Positions 37,363 through 48,508 of a DNA stretch of 64,000 nucleotides are shown one piece after another; position 1 is the first letter of the stretch; each line of letters starts with the position of its first letter. Below the pieces are notes generated by a model, which saw nothing but the letters and a program-made list of their open reading frames with translations, was not told where the DNA came from and did no database searches. The position numbers and the translations under genes were made by a program. Source of the DNA: Sphaerodactylus townsendi (Eukaryota); the NCBI RefSeq assembly GCF_021028975.2, contig NC_059440.1:27280001-27344000 (forward strand), written 5' to 3'.

Positions 37363-37637
37363 TTATGCAGGTAAATATAGATGCTGGCACTTCTCTATGT
37401 GTCTGTCGAAATTGTTATGTGACTGCTAGATTTTGCAGGACCCTGGGCATTGAATTCTCAGGGTCTCCCCAAACAGCCCTCCCTAGCCCTCTAAGAATTT
37501 CCCAACCCTGAGTTAGCCACTCTGGACACAGGACAGGTGTGAGCCATACAAATGGAGCCTGATCCCAGGGTAGGTTTGAACACGCACATACGAAATGGGC
37601 AGCCTGCCTTCCTGAACACCTGTCGCTCTCTCTTTAG

Positions 37638-38072
37638 GTTGTGAAATTGCTCCTCCAAGCCAAGGCAGACGTGAACATCACCGACCACTACGGCTGCTCG
37701 GCTCTCCACAAAGCTGCAACGGCCGGACACCTGCCCGTCATCTGCCTGTTGGTAGGCGATAGCACTGCTGGAGTGAATGAAAGGGACGGTCAGAATCTGA
37801 CCCCGTTGCACCGAGCGGCCGGCTGCGGTCATGTCGACATCACCCGCTGCCTCCTGGACCACGGAGCTGACGTCAACGCAGCCGGGTGGCTCGGCAAGAC
37901 CCCGCTACACCTGGCCGCGGAAAAAGGACACTATCCTGTCATGGATCTTTTGCTAACCAAGGGAGCGGACCACACACTCAGATCGTGGTGGAAAGAAACC
38001 GCCAAAGAGCTACTGTCTGAGCGGCCCAGTTCTGGAGGCCTTACTGGTCAAAGGATTGTTGGGACCCCCTAG
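37638..38072 (+). CDS. ANKRD65: Ankyrin repeat domain 65, last coding exon
   Basis: Acceptor TCTCTCTTTAG. SALHKAA, LTPLHRAA and GWLGKTPLHLAAEKGH...HTLRSWW match the human GWLRKTPLHLAAERGH...PTLRTQW. TAG at 38070-38072. Total CDS 1212 nt (403 aa). Confidence 0.93.
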   Translation, partial: VVKLLLQAKADVNITDHYGCSALHKAATAGHLPVICLLVGDSTAGVNERDGQNLTPLHRAAGCGHVDITRCLLDHGADVNAAGWLGKTPLHLAAEKGHYPVMDLLLTKGADHTLRSWWKETAKELLSERPSSGGLTGQRIVGTP

Positions 38073-38497
38073 TCTTCACATATCTATGCCCCCCCACTGC
38101 CTCCTGACTCTCTTCCCTCGCTCATCTGATCCCATGTATTTTAAACATATTTATCGTTTTGCAGTTTCTAAGTGTAGTGTTATAATAACACCCATCCAGT
38201 GTTGTCACATAAGTTGCCATCCAAACACAGTATAATTTACATGTGATAATTTCTTTATCTCAGGGATCATCAAAGGAGCCCGCCAATACCTTTTCCTGAC
38301 ACCTGCCAAGTGTTTTTAGACAGTGGGTGGGGCCAGGTAGGGCTTTTGCCCGCCAAGGCTTCTGATTGGCTATTGGAGGTTCGATTGGCTGGGCAGATTC
38401 TTTTAAATATTGCTGCCACCACAGCCCAAGGATCTGCACTGTGTTACTGAAGTCAGAGGTCAAACGAAACATCACATCGGGGATCCATGGCAGGCTC

Positions 38498-38772
38498 TTC
38501 TAATCTGGAGAACCAGGTTTGATTCCCCACTCCTCCACCTGAGTGACAGAGGCTTATCTGGTGAACCAGATGTGTTTCCGCACTCCTACATTCCTGCTGG
38601 GTGACCTTGGGCCAGTCACAGTTCTCTCAGAACTCTCTCAGTCCCACCTACCTCACAAGGTGCCTGTTGTGGGGAGAGGAAGGGAAAGGAGCTTGTAGCC
38701 ACCTTGAGTCTCCTTACAGGAGAGAAAGGTGGGATATAAATCCAAACTCTTCTTCTCCTCCTCCTCCTCCTC
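38498..38772 (+). mobile_element. Squam3-like SINE, 5' truncated
   Basis: Core and tail, downstream of the ANKRD65 stop. Confidence 0.85.
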
Positions 38773-38984
38773 TTCCGGCATGTGCCTTTGAATTGCAGCT
38801 GAGAGGAGCTGGATAGAGGCTGTCAGGTTTGGAGAAGGGTGGTTAATCCCCCCCTAAATCATGTTTTTGTCTTAGAAATCTTCCATCCCTAAACAGTTGG
38901 TAGCCCACTGCCAAAGATAAAATCACACACACACACAAAATAGGCTACCAGAGGAAACTGAGACAGAAACAGCTGTGAGATGTA

Positions 38985-39150
38985 CTGTAGGGCAGTGGTT
39001 AGAGCATCAGACTTCGAAGAGCCGAATTCGAATCCCCACGGAGCCATGAAGCTCCATGGGTGATCGTGGGCCAGTCATTTTCTCTCAGCCTGTCCTACTT
39101 CACTGGGTAGTTGTGAGGATGGGGATAGAAAGCGCTATGGATGCCCTGGT
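38985..39150 (+). mobile_element. Older tRNA/CORE-type (MIR-like) SINE
   Basis: GCAGTGGTTAGAGC...TTCGAATCCC...GGGCCAGTCA...GTTGTGAGGAT. Confidence 0.6.
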
Positions 39151-40310
39151 TGCTGAAATCAGAAAAACAAAATATTTATGATAAATTGAAAAACCAAAAA
39201 AGTAAGACGGAAGTACAGAAGGAAGGGAAGGGCAGCCACAGAGAAGTTCAGATAAGACGTGGTGGGTGTGTTTTTAAAAAGGATGTTTTGCTATATAGGT
39301 GTTCGGAGAGGCCAGCCAATTATGAGGAAACAAATTCCTGCTTGGCATGAAAAAGCCATTCTGGTGCTTTGCTGGAGTCTGAAATAACTGATAAATATTG
39401 CCAGACTTAGTTATTCAAAATAAGAAGACGACCTATTTGATCCTACTTCAACAGGGGGAAAATGTGTTTGTGGAGACCCAAACAGATGGCAAGATAGTTC
39501 CATAATTGGATATGCATTTACAGCAAACGAAGATGCCATCTAATCCCTTTGTCTTATTATCACCAGCTTGTCTTGGAAGCAAAGAGTGCAGAGAAAACCG
39601 CGAGGAGTTTTCAGGCCTCTTAAAGCCCCTAATGCATTTATCATGGCATAACCCTTTGTGGACTGCAGCCGTCTTCATCTGTGCCTGAAATGTCCCCTTC
39701 CCTTAGCAGAAGCATTCGTTCAGATGTAGGTATGAACAGAAACAGGCCCCCGTCGAAAGGGAAAACGATGAATGCTCCGTGCAAATTGATAAACCGAATA
39801 TTGGACCTAAATCTTCGAAAAAAGGCTATTTATGAAGTGAGCTAGCTACTCCCTGCTTCTGTTGAAGCCAAGACGGATAGTATCACAGTTGCGTGGGAAT
39901 TGCAACCACTCCCAAATTGGGATTCCCTAGAATTACAAATACAGACATCAGTCCCCTTGGAAAGAACTGTGATTTGGAGGGTGGGACTCTACAGCCCTGT
40001 ACCCTGCTAAGGTACCTCACCTGCCCAAACCTGCCCTCTCTAGATTCTACCCCCAAATCTGCAGGAATGTGCTAGCCCAGAACTGGCAAAATTTGCACGG
40101 AAATGCCAACCATTCCTAATGTATTATAGGCTTGCCGATTCCAGCTTGGGAAATACCTGGAGATTGAGGGGCGGAGTCTGGGGCAGGACCTCTGCCAGGT
40201 ATGATGGCAGAGAGCAGTGACAGCATTGGCCGTGGTGTGTCAAAAATGTGAAAAATCCCTAACTTGACTCTGCTGGCTGCCACCACCGCTTCCAAACAAG
40301 AGAAACCATT

Positions 40311-40475
40311 GTTGAAGGCTTTCATGGCCGGAATCACTAGCGCGTTGTGGGTTTTCTGGGTTGTATGGCCGTGTTCCAGTAGCATTGTTTTGCCTTGCCA
40401 GCCACAGATGCAGGTGAAACGTCAGGAGAAAATGCTACTGGAACACGGCAATACAACCCGGAAAACCCACAACAC
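40311..40475. mobile_element. Penelope-derived inverted (hairpin) fragment
   Basis: About 43-bp inverted arms, flanked by direct repeat ACAAGAGAAACCATT (40296, 40476). Confidence 0.7.
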
Positions 40476-40954
40476 ACAAGAGAAACCATTCTTTGCCTAT
40501 TCATTAAAAAAATTTTTTAAAAAAACCACAGTCCAATCCTCTACGGTGCTATGTGTCATATTGTTAAAAGTCAAATAATTACAAAAATGACTCAAACAGA
40601 AAGAATAGTGCTCAGATGTTGGTGAATGCTGGCATGTCACCCCAAACGTCGTGGCCTTTGACACGCGTGTCGTGACTGCCATCAAGTCCAAACCAGCCCC
40701 TTTCTCTGTTCTCTGTCACCTGGAGATCAAAAATGTAATTCTGGGAGATCTCCCGTTTTCACCAGGAGGTTGGCAGCAGCATCCCTCTGTCCTGAAATCC
40801 CCAAAGCAAAATGAACGGGAGGGATTCTGTAAAGAATCACAGAAGGAGGCACCGTTTGTTAATCCCATTCGCCCCTTCAAAAATACCATCCCCTCGTTTC
40901 AGGAGTCTCTAAAAAATCTCAGAGGGGGGCGCCAGTTCACTCCTCCATCCGAGA

Positions 40955-41070
40955 ACCGCCGGCGTCACTCCCTTCTGGCTGCGCATGCCCGGAAGAGGCG
41001 CTTGGCCCGCGTGGGTTTGGTTCTCTGCGCCCTTCCTGTCTCCTCCACGGCGGCGGGTAAAGATGGTCTT
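40955..41070 (+). promoter_or_regulatory. MRPL20 CpG promoter
   Basis: CRE half site GCGTCA near 40962. NRF1-like TGCGCATGC overlapping ETS/GABP CCGGAAG at 40980-40995. YY1-like AAGATGG on the start codon. This combination is typical of nuclear-encoded mitochondrial genes. Confidence 0.7.
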
Positions 41071-41149
41071 CCTCACGTCGTCCCTTTGGATCCGGGCCCG
41101 CCTGACCGATCGCTTCTGGAGGAAGCAGGAGGTGCTGCAGCATGCCCGG
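41063..41149 (+). CDS. MRPL20: Mitochondrial ribosomal protein L20 (bL20m), exon 1
   Basis: MVFLTSSLWIRARLTDRFWRKQEVLQHAR; donor CGG|GTAAGG; CpG-rich context. Confidence 0.96.
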
Positions 41150-41649
41150 GTAAGGAAGGGAGCAGGACTGGGACCCCGGCCCCATGCACCGACCCCTCGC
41201 CTAACCCACGTCCCCATGCCCCGCTGCGGTTTTGCAATTGGGGCTCGCCTTGTTTATACACAAAAATTGCATTTTGCATCATATGGTAGAGTCCCTTTTT
41301 ATCCTGCCCTTTTTTTAAAAAAAAAGGGTGCCCCAAAGCAGCGCTGGGAAAAATGCATGGGTTTGTTTTTGGTTTTTTTGCAAGATCTCAATTGGGACCA
41401 AGCATCCCCGGGTCAGGGAGGGTGCTTCCTGCACCGACCCCTTTTCTAAATTAAGGGATTTTGATGTTTATAATTTGTATTTGTTGTATACTGTTGTACT
41501 GTTCTGTTCTGTTGTTGTATGCTGCCCAGAGCCCTTCGGGGATTGGGCCGTCTATGAAATATAAACAACAACAACAATAATAAACCGTGCCACGATTCTA
41601 CTGTGCCATTTTGCAAGGGGTTGAGAGAGCACACTTGTTTTCTGCTGCT

Positions 41650-42052
41650 CCAGAGACTAGGACCAGGAGTCATGGGTTCAAGGTGAAGGAAAAGAGATTC
41701 CACCTCAACATCAGGGAAAACTTCCTGACTGTCAGGGCTGTTTGACAGTGGAATGCCCTACCTCAGAGGCTCATTCCGCACATGCAGAATAATGCACTTT
41801 CAAACTGCTTTCAGTGCTCTTTGAAGCTGTGCAGAATAGTAAAATCCACTTGCAAACAGTTGTGAAAGTGGTTTGAAAACGCCTTATTTTGCGTGTGCGG
41901 AAGGGGCCAGAGTGTGGCGGAGCCTTCTTCCTTGTAGGTTTTTAGAGAGTGGCTGGATGGCTACTGTCAGGAGGGCTTTGATAGTGTGTTCCTGCACGGC
42001 AGGGGGTTGGACTTGATGGTCCTTGGGGTCTCTTCCAACTCTATGATTCAAT
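41650..42052 (+). mobile_element. CR1 LINE 3' fragment in MRPL20 intron 1, with nested MITE
   Basis: Same family as 14335-14705 in the opposite orientation; ends CTCTATGATTC. Confidence 0.85.
41768..41908. mobile_element. PIF/Harbinger-type MITE (141 bp) nested in CR1
   Basis: Same family; TSD AGA; removing it restores a contiguous CR1. Confidence 0.8.
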
Positions 42053-42639
42053 GACATTTTTAAAAAATTGCACATTGCATAATATGTCAGCAGTCCTTTT
42101 TTTAAAAAAAGCATTCTTTGTTTTTTAAAAGTGCCCTCTAAAGCAGCGCTGGTGAAATGGATGGCAGCCCTCTGGATTGGGGACTTCCCAAAGTCCTATC
42201 CTAGCTCAGGTCTTGCAAATGGAAGTCTGTGGCTTCCTTGATGGAGTCAGTCCATCTCATGTTGTGCCTTCAACTTTTCCTAGCGTTATTGTCATTTCCA
42301 ATGATTCAGCGGAATTTCCTCGCAAGCAATTGCGGGGGAGGATCCCAGTCTTTCTTGCCTTCCCTATTTACACTTCAAGGTGCCATTCATCTGTGTTTTC
42401 TATTGGGCAGGAAGAATAATACTTAACAGGGTGAAACAACGGCCTGCTCTTAGATCGCAAAGCCCAGCAATTTAAATGTTATTTTTTAAAAAAAAAAATT
42501 TAAAAAAAGAACCGGTATAAATGTATCTTCCCTGGACATTCAGGAAGAGGAAGTATTTCCTTTAAAAGGTTCCTGATGTTTCCCTCCTAAAAGTCCCAGT
42601 ATTTCCACTTTCTGAATGTGGGTGGATTTTGTTCAAATG

Positions 42640-42774
42640 CAGTGGTGGGATTCAGCAAGTTCGCTCCACTTCGGCAGAATGGTTGTTAAAATGGTGCTTG
42701 TAAACAGCCAGTTGTTAAATTATTTGAATCCCAACACTGGAACCGGTTGTTAAATTATTTAAATCCCACCACTG
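42640..42774. mobile_element. hAT MITE in MRPL20 intron 1
   Basis: CAGTGGTGGGATT / AATCCCACCACTG TIRs, TSD TTCAAATG/TTCATATG, duplicated right end. Confidence 0.78.
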
Positions 42775-43052
42775 TTCATATGTCTAGTGATTGTCAATTT
42801 CATTGTGATGGGAGTAGGGTGGGATTTGAGTCTCAATAAACTTGCTGAGATTGCGCTGTTAGCTGATTCCTCTTTCTGCAGAATCTGTGAAAATGTGCAG
42901 TTCTGTCGAAGTGTTGGCCTGTTGTAAGGGTTTTCAGGGTTGTAGGCAGAAGGATGGAAATCTTTTTTGTACGGCAGAAGGCGGGGGCACTCCAGATTTA
43001 TCAGTATCAAACATCGATTGATTCACAGGCTGCGTTTCTCTCTCTCTTTCAG

Positions 43053-43163
43053 CACTTCCGTGGACGGAAAAACCGCTGCTTCAGCTTGGCCTACCGAGCG
43101 GTCCGCAGGGCTTTTGTCTATGCCACAAAAGCCAGAGCGTTGAAAAAGAAGGATATGAGAGAG
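43053..43163 (+). CDS. MRPL20: MRPL20 exon 2
   Basis: [37 protein letters not shown]; acceptor CTCTTTCAG, donor GTAAGG. Confidence 0.96.
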
Positions 43164-43711
43164 GTAAGGAAAGGGACCCAAAAGTCACTGATTCTGGTAT
43201 GCAGAAAAATCACAGCCCCATCCAAACCTGGAGGCAGCAGGACAAGGCACCAATTTGGCAGCGCCCCACCGCCTCCAATAGGGCTTTCCAGCAGCATGGG
43301 GAGCTCAGAAAAGCCCCGAGACTCTCCCACTGCCAGAAACCCCCATAGTTTACAGGATGTACACCACCAAGAGGGTGGCGTAAGTCCAAGGGCCAGTGTG
43401 TTGTGCATCTGGCCCTAAACCCGAGAGGGAGCCAAGTAATGTCAACTGTGCTTCAGGAACACACACACACACCCTTCCAAGCTGGTGTCCGAGTAGGACA
43501 CCAGCGCTTCCCCGCCACAATCCGGACTTCCAGGTTCTGCACCCAGAGGGATATGAGATGAGCAGTCCCTGGCGCATCTGTTCCCTCTGCCTGGGTAAGT
43601 GCCTCAGGGAGGGGAAACACACTGGTGCAGGGGCATGCCGTTCTCTAAAGCCCTTTCACCACCACCACCACCTTCTGGATGGGGCCCTAAGTCTTTCATT
43701 TTTACTTTCAG

Positions 43712-43789
43712 TTGTGGATAACACGGGTAACAGCGGCCACTCTCGAACACGGTATGAAATATCACCATTTCATCAGCGGTCTTTATAAG
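43712..43789 (+). CDS. MRPL20: MRPL20 exon 3
   Basis: LWITRVTAATLEHGMKYHHFISGLYK (L20 LWIxRI motif); acceptor TTTCAG, donor GTAAGC. Confidence 0.96.
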
Positions 43790-44009
43790 GTAAGCTGCTG
43801 TGTCCCTTTCCGCTCTTGCGTTGCATTTCCAGCAGCCAGCCTGCATTTCTGTGATCTGCCCCAGCACCTGGCATCTTTTCACATTGCTCCTATTTGGGTT
43901 GATTACCTGGTGGTTCTGAAAATGGAGGTTATCCAGAGGTGTAGCACCATGGGGGGGTGACATACCGGGCGCGCACCAGTGCAGGGGCGTAGCAGGGGCT
44001 CTGAGGTTA

Positions 44010-44590
44010 CCAGCCTTTTTGCTAGAATTGGTATAAGGCTCAACGCAGTGCAAATAAATATCCTTGTTTTTAAATCTATGAAGTAGTGAACACCAGGACA
44101 AGGCAAGAAGCAATTGCTCCCCCCTCTTTTTTAACATCAAATTTAAAATCAATCACATGGCAGATTATTTGAGTTTACTTCAGGAACCCAAGCATAGATG
44201 GATAATCACTAGGGCTCGTTGTAACTCCTTCCCTTGCTCTATGCTACAAGGAAGGTTCCAAAGAATCGACCTGCAAGAGCGGAAATGTCCTCATTGTATC
44301 ACAGCAATACAAACTATGGAACATGTATTGCTTGACTGCCCCAAATACGAGGGATCTAGGACCAGACTTTTTGCTCTTTGTCCTGTAATCTTTAATGAAT
44401 ACTCTGCTGTGGGGAAGATTACGTTTCTACTAAACAATTCTGCCTCCGAGATTTTAACTTTTGTAGCTAGGTTCCTTATAGAAACTTTGAAATGATTTCC
44501 TGCGATGGTTCTCATGTATGGGATACTTGTTTGGACAATGTTGCTTGTTATATGGATTCTATGCCTAATAAAGGTTTATCTATCTATCTA
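44010..44590 (+). mobile_element. 3' fragment of RTEX-like LINE in MRPL20 intron 3
   Basis: ORF 44157-44495 GRF...RKCPHC...EHVLLDCPKY...R, then AATAAA and (TATC)n tail. Confidence 0.75.
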
Positions 44591-44794
44591 AGTAGTGAAC
44601 ACAGCAAGCAGAGGGAGAAGAATTTTAAGTAATATGCATTCATACATGTGGAGAGACTGGAAAACTGGCATGAAAACGGGGGTGAATCAGAATCTAACAT
44701 TCCTTCAAAATGTTCTTATTTGTTTGAAACTGTTTGGCACCAGAAGACGTATGAGTTCTGCCAACTTTGTGACGGCTGTTTTCTTACGTTTCAG

Positions 44795-44965
44795 TCTCAA
44801 GTGGAATTGAACAGAAAAGTCTTGGCTGACCTGGCGATCTATGAGCCGAAGACGTTCAAGTCCCTGGCAGCGTTAGCCAAAAGGAGGGGACAGGAAGGCC
44901 TGGTTGCTGCTCAGGAAGCCAAAGAACCAGAGGGAATATTTTCACGCTTTGTGCAGCAGTCCTGA
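44795..44965 (+). CDS. MRPL20: MRPL20 exon 4 (last)
   Basis: [29 protein letters not shown]...EPEGIFSR then TGA. Total 447 nt (148 aa). Confidence 0.96.
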   Translation, partial: SQVELNRKVLADLAIYEPKTFKSLAALAKRRGQEGLVAAQEAKEPEGIFSRFVQQS

Positions 44966-45003
44966 AGCTGTGGTTTTTGGTTAGCTTGCTGAGATGTGCA
45001 AAC

Positions 45004-45221
45004 ATTAAAAGGAGTCATTTTTTTGAAAAGCATGGCCTCAGTTGGTAAAGCAAAGCAAGTAAGATCTCTGACTGGGGTGGGATTATCCTTTCCTACTTTG
45101 AAGATTACAGCCCATTTCACAGAAAGTTTTGTATAGGTACCTATATGACAGTTACATTTTAATTGGAACCGTATTTTCAAGAGTAAGGGATGGAGAGTCA
45201 GCAACTTTGACTGGCAATAAA
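45004..45221 (+). terminator. Candidate MRPL20 polyadenylation signals (ATTAAA 45004, AATAAA 45216)
   Basis: Hexamers downstream of the MRPL20 stop; which one is used cannot be read from sequence. Confidence 0.45.
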
Positions 45222-46799
45222 GGCAGAGGACTCTCCCCTCGTTGTATGAACATCGACTTGGACCCTTTGGCCACCTCATTTTACTCACTAAAGTTTCCAT
45301 CTTGTTTAAAATTTAAAAGCCAAGGTGTTCCTTATTCAGCTGCAGAAGAGGAGGTTATGGAGACCTTGGCCAACATCTTAGCTGGAAAGAAAACAGCGAC
45401 TGTTCATCCACGGCTATACTAGAAGACTGGTGGACAGCAGATTACCATGTCTGGGTACTGAACCTCAGTTAAATGAGACATCTTGTCTTTCGAGTCTCTC
45501 TTCACTATACATTCTTTTAATTAAAAGGACAGTTCCAATTGTATATGGCCACTCGTCTGTCTTTCAGCACTCGTATAAAGCCAGTGAGGCTCTGGATGTG
45601 TGGGATGAATCTGGGTATGGAATGGAGATGTTCCATCTCCAGGGATATAGTGTGGGGTGAGAAACTTCCACAATCTAGTGGTAGAGAGCAGTATAAGCGG
45701 GCAAAATCAAGGAAATGCCTATGATGGGTTTTATTACTCTGTTAGTGGTCCGGTTTGGGGCACCACGTAAACCCTGATCCAGAAATCAGTGCAAAAGGTT
45801 TTGGCCCTCCCTTTGTACCAGAGAAGAGGTCTGAATGTTTTCTTTTAACTTTTAAAAATAAATTGTGAATCTTTATGGTAACACTATACATATATTTTAT
45901 GCATTTCTGAGTTTCTAAACTTTTACCATGCTGACCTTCACGTGTTGTCTGTGGCTTCTGCAAAACACCCTCCAAATTCCCATTTAGTTTCTTATGCCGA
46001 ACCACAATATATCAAAACCATAATGGGGAAAGAGATAACTGTATATTTGAAATATATCTTTGTATGTTGGGAGACAACGGGGACAGTCTTGCGCATTGGG
46101 GTCTTATTTTAAAGCATTTGTCCCTTGAGGGTAAAAATAATACAAATCCAGCATCATAAATTTCTGTATTTCTGATTATGGGTATGGTCTGATGGTGGGT
46201 ATGCATCTCCTGTGAAGAAAACCAACTACTTGAAATGAGTTCACATCTACACAAAGCCTTTCTGTGCTGAGAGGAAGGACTGACTCTTTTTTTACTTCTA
46301 GATTCTGCTCAGTATCGTGTTTCTGGGCCATGTGCAGAGTGTCACTTTTGAAAGGAAGCTTAATGTGTCTTAAAAATGGAATATATTCCAACTTCATTTA
46401 CATTTTAAAAACAATCTTCCCAAAGGAGTGAATATGTAGCATATAGCACATTAAATTGTGGGCGACACCATTTTAAATGTTGTGATGTTCCTTTTGAACA
46501 GAACTGGGAGTCTTTCCAGATTGAAACACGTTTGGGATTAGCCTGGAAAAACCCTTATGGGGAAATCCTGGTCGAATTGGGTTGTACCACTGAAAATAGC
46601 GAGGGAACCCTGAAATCATTAAACACCCCAATACAAGAAGTATTTCCTTGCCCACAAAAAGCCGGTGTGATAGGGTTGTGAGTTCCAGGTAACTTTACAC
46701 GTGGACGGATTTTTTGGGCTATGTGGAGACTTTTTAGTACCACTCTGTACCCCTATAATACGACATGGTACAGCCCAACGTCGTGAGGGGACAAAATAG

Positions 46800-47120
46800 G
46801 CCCATCGTAGGCGGCCGTTAGTGAGTGCGCGCGTTGCATGCTGGGAAGCTCTTATCGTTCCCCTTGACTAACCCTCTCACCCGCCTCGCCCACAGTTTCG
46901 AGGAAGGGGCGGGGGAGCGGATAAAATTGAATTCCTAGCCTTGCGTCACAATAAGGGACCTCTGCGTCCAATGGGAGCCCGCAGCCCAGTCGCCGGCAGC
47001 CAATAGAGAAGCGGAGCGGCCGCGACAGGGCGGAAGCGGGGGCGGGCATAAAGGAAGAGGCGATCTAGTCAGTGTGAGGTGAATCCGCGACGTCGTCGAC
47101 GAGACAAGATGGCGGCGGCG
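46800..47120 (+). promoter_or_regulatory. CCNL2 CpG-island promoter
   Basis: ZNF143-like site 46830-46847 (minus strand TTCCCAGCATGCAACGCG). GC boxes near 46906 and 47038, TGCGTCA near 46942, two CCAAT boxes (near 46968 and 47000), GCGGAAG, TATA-like CATAAA near 47047, YY1 AAGATGGCGG on the ATG. Confidence 0.75.
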
Positions 47121-47435
47121 ATAATGGCGGGCGGCGGCAGCGGAGGAGCGGCCGTCCTGACGGGGATGGCGCCCGGCCCGGGGTCGTCGTCGTCGGCCTT
47201 CCCCGCCGGCGTCTGCCCGGCTCCTCCTCAGCCGCCTCCTCCGGGCGCCGTCCGTATCGGCGACCGGCTCTACTCGGGGGTCCTCATCACGCTGGAGAAC
47301 TGCCTCTTGCCGGACGACGCGCTGCGCTTCACGCCTTCCATGGGCAGCGGCCTGGAAGCCGAGACCGAAGCGCAGCTCCGTGTGACCGGCTGCGAACTCA
47401 TCCAGGCCGCCGGCATTCTGCTCCGGCTGCCTCAG
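47109..47435 (+). CDS. CCNL2: Cyclin L2, exon 1
   Basis: MAAA...[19 protein letters not shown]...[16 protein letters not shown]; donor CAG|GTCGGT; lies in a CpG island. Confidence 0.96.
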
Positions 47436-47915
47436 GTCGGTAGGCCGCGGTGGAGGAGGGGAAGGCCTCGGGAGCCAAGTAGGCCCGGGCGGGGGGAGGG
47501 AGAGGGAAATGGCCGAGAGACCTGGAGGGGAAGCGGATAATCCCCCTCTGTGGATGGAGACGGGCTCCTTCAGCCGGTGGCCGCTTCCATGGAATCGTCG
47601 GATTGAGGGAAGCGAAACGAAGACTGATCAGGGATAGACGAATAAAATCGTCAATTTTGTAGTCCTGGGAACGGGCAACAAATGAGCCACGGGCGTTTTT
47701 ATCCTCCTCGTAAGCGTCAGTGGACAAGATCTCCGTGTTTAGAAACCATTTGGGGGTTTGATTTGGGTGGAATGAAGAGGTGAAAAATGTATATTTTGTT
47801 AGCGCCCTGCTAGCCAGTCAACGTTTGTTATAGATCCCGGTGTGTGGTTATATTGTAATATCCTTCCTTTTTTTTAGTAGTGTTTTTATATATGGAAAGC
47901 TTTTGTTTGGTTGGT

Positions 47916-48355
47916 GGGGTAGAAACAACATGAAGGATTTGTATTTTATGTGCCTTTTAATCACATGTTTCACAGCAATCACTAATAATAATAATAAGGG
48001 ATTGGATTTAAACCCCACTTTTCTGTTCTATAAGGGATAGAAACAACATGAAGGATTTATATTTTATGTACCTTTTAGCACTCACTAATAATAATAAGAG
48101 TTTGGATTTATACCCCACTTTTCTATCCTGTAAGGGGTAGAAACAACATGAAGGATGTATATTTTATGTACCTTTTAGTCACATGTTTCATAGCAATCAC
48201 TAATAATAATAAGAGTTTGGATTTATGCCCTAACCTTTTGTCCTGTAAGGGGTAGAAACAACATGAAGGATTTGTATTTTATGTGCCTTTTAGTGACAAG
48301 TTTCACAGTGATCAATAATAATAACGGTTTGAATTTATATCCCACCTTTCTGTAA
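47916..48355 (+). repeat. Tandem repeat, 4 copies of a 100-118 bp unit
   Basis: AGAAACAACATGAAGGAT starts at 47921, 48039, 48139 and 48254. Confidence 0.9.
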
Positions 48356-48508
48356 AATGGCTTACAAACTCCTTCCCTTCCTCTCCTCACAACAGTTAGT
48401 AACCTTGTGACGTAGGTGGGGCTGAGAGAGTTCTGTGATTGGCCCTGGGTCAACCAGCGGCTTCATGTTGAGGAGAATCAAACTTGGTTCTCCAGATTGG
48501 CGTCCACC
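48314..48508 (-). mobile_element. Short Squam3-like SINE in CCNL2 intron 1
   Basis: Diverged reverse copy; its tail is part of the adjacent tandem repeat. Confidence 0.7.

Noticed and set aside
43534-43600. 61-nt cryptic exon in MRPL20 intron 2 (donor GTAAGT at 43595)
   Set aside because: Weak acceptor tract and no other support.
47916-48355. CRISPR-like array
   Set aside because: Vertebrate DNA; whole units repeat, with no unique spacers and no cas genes.
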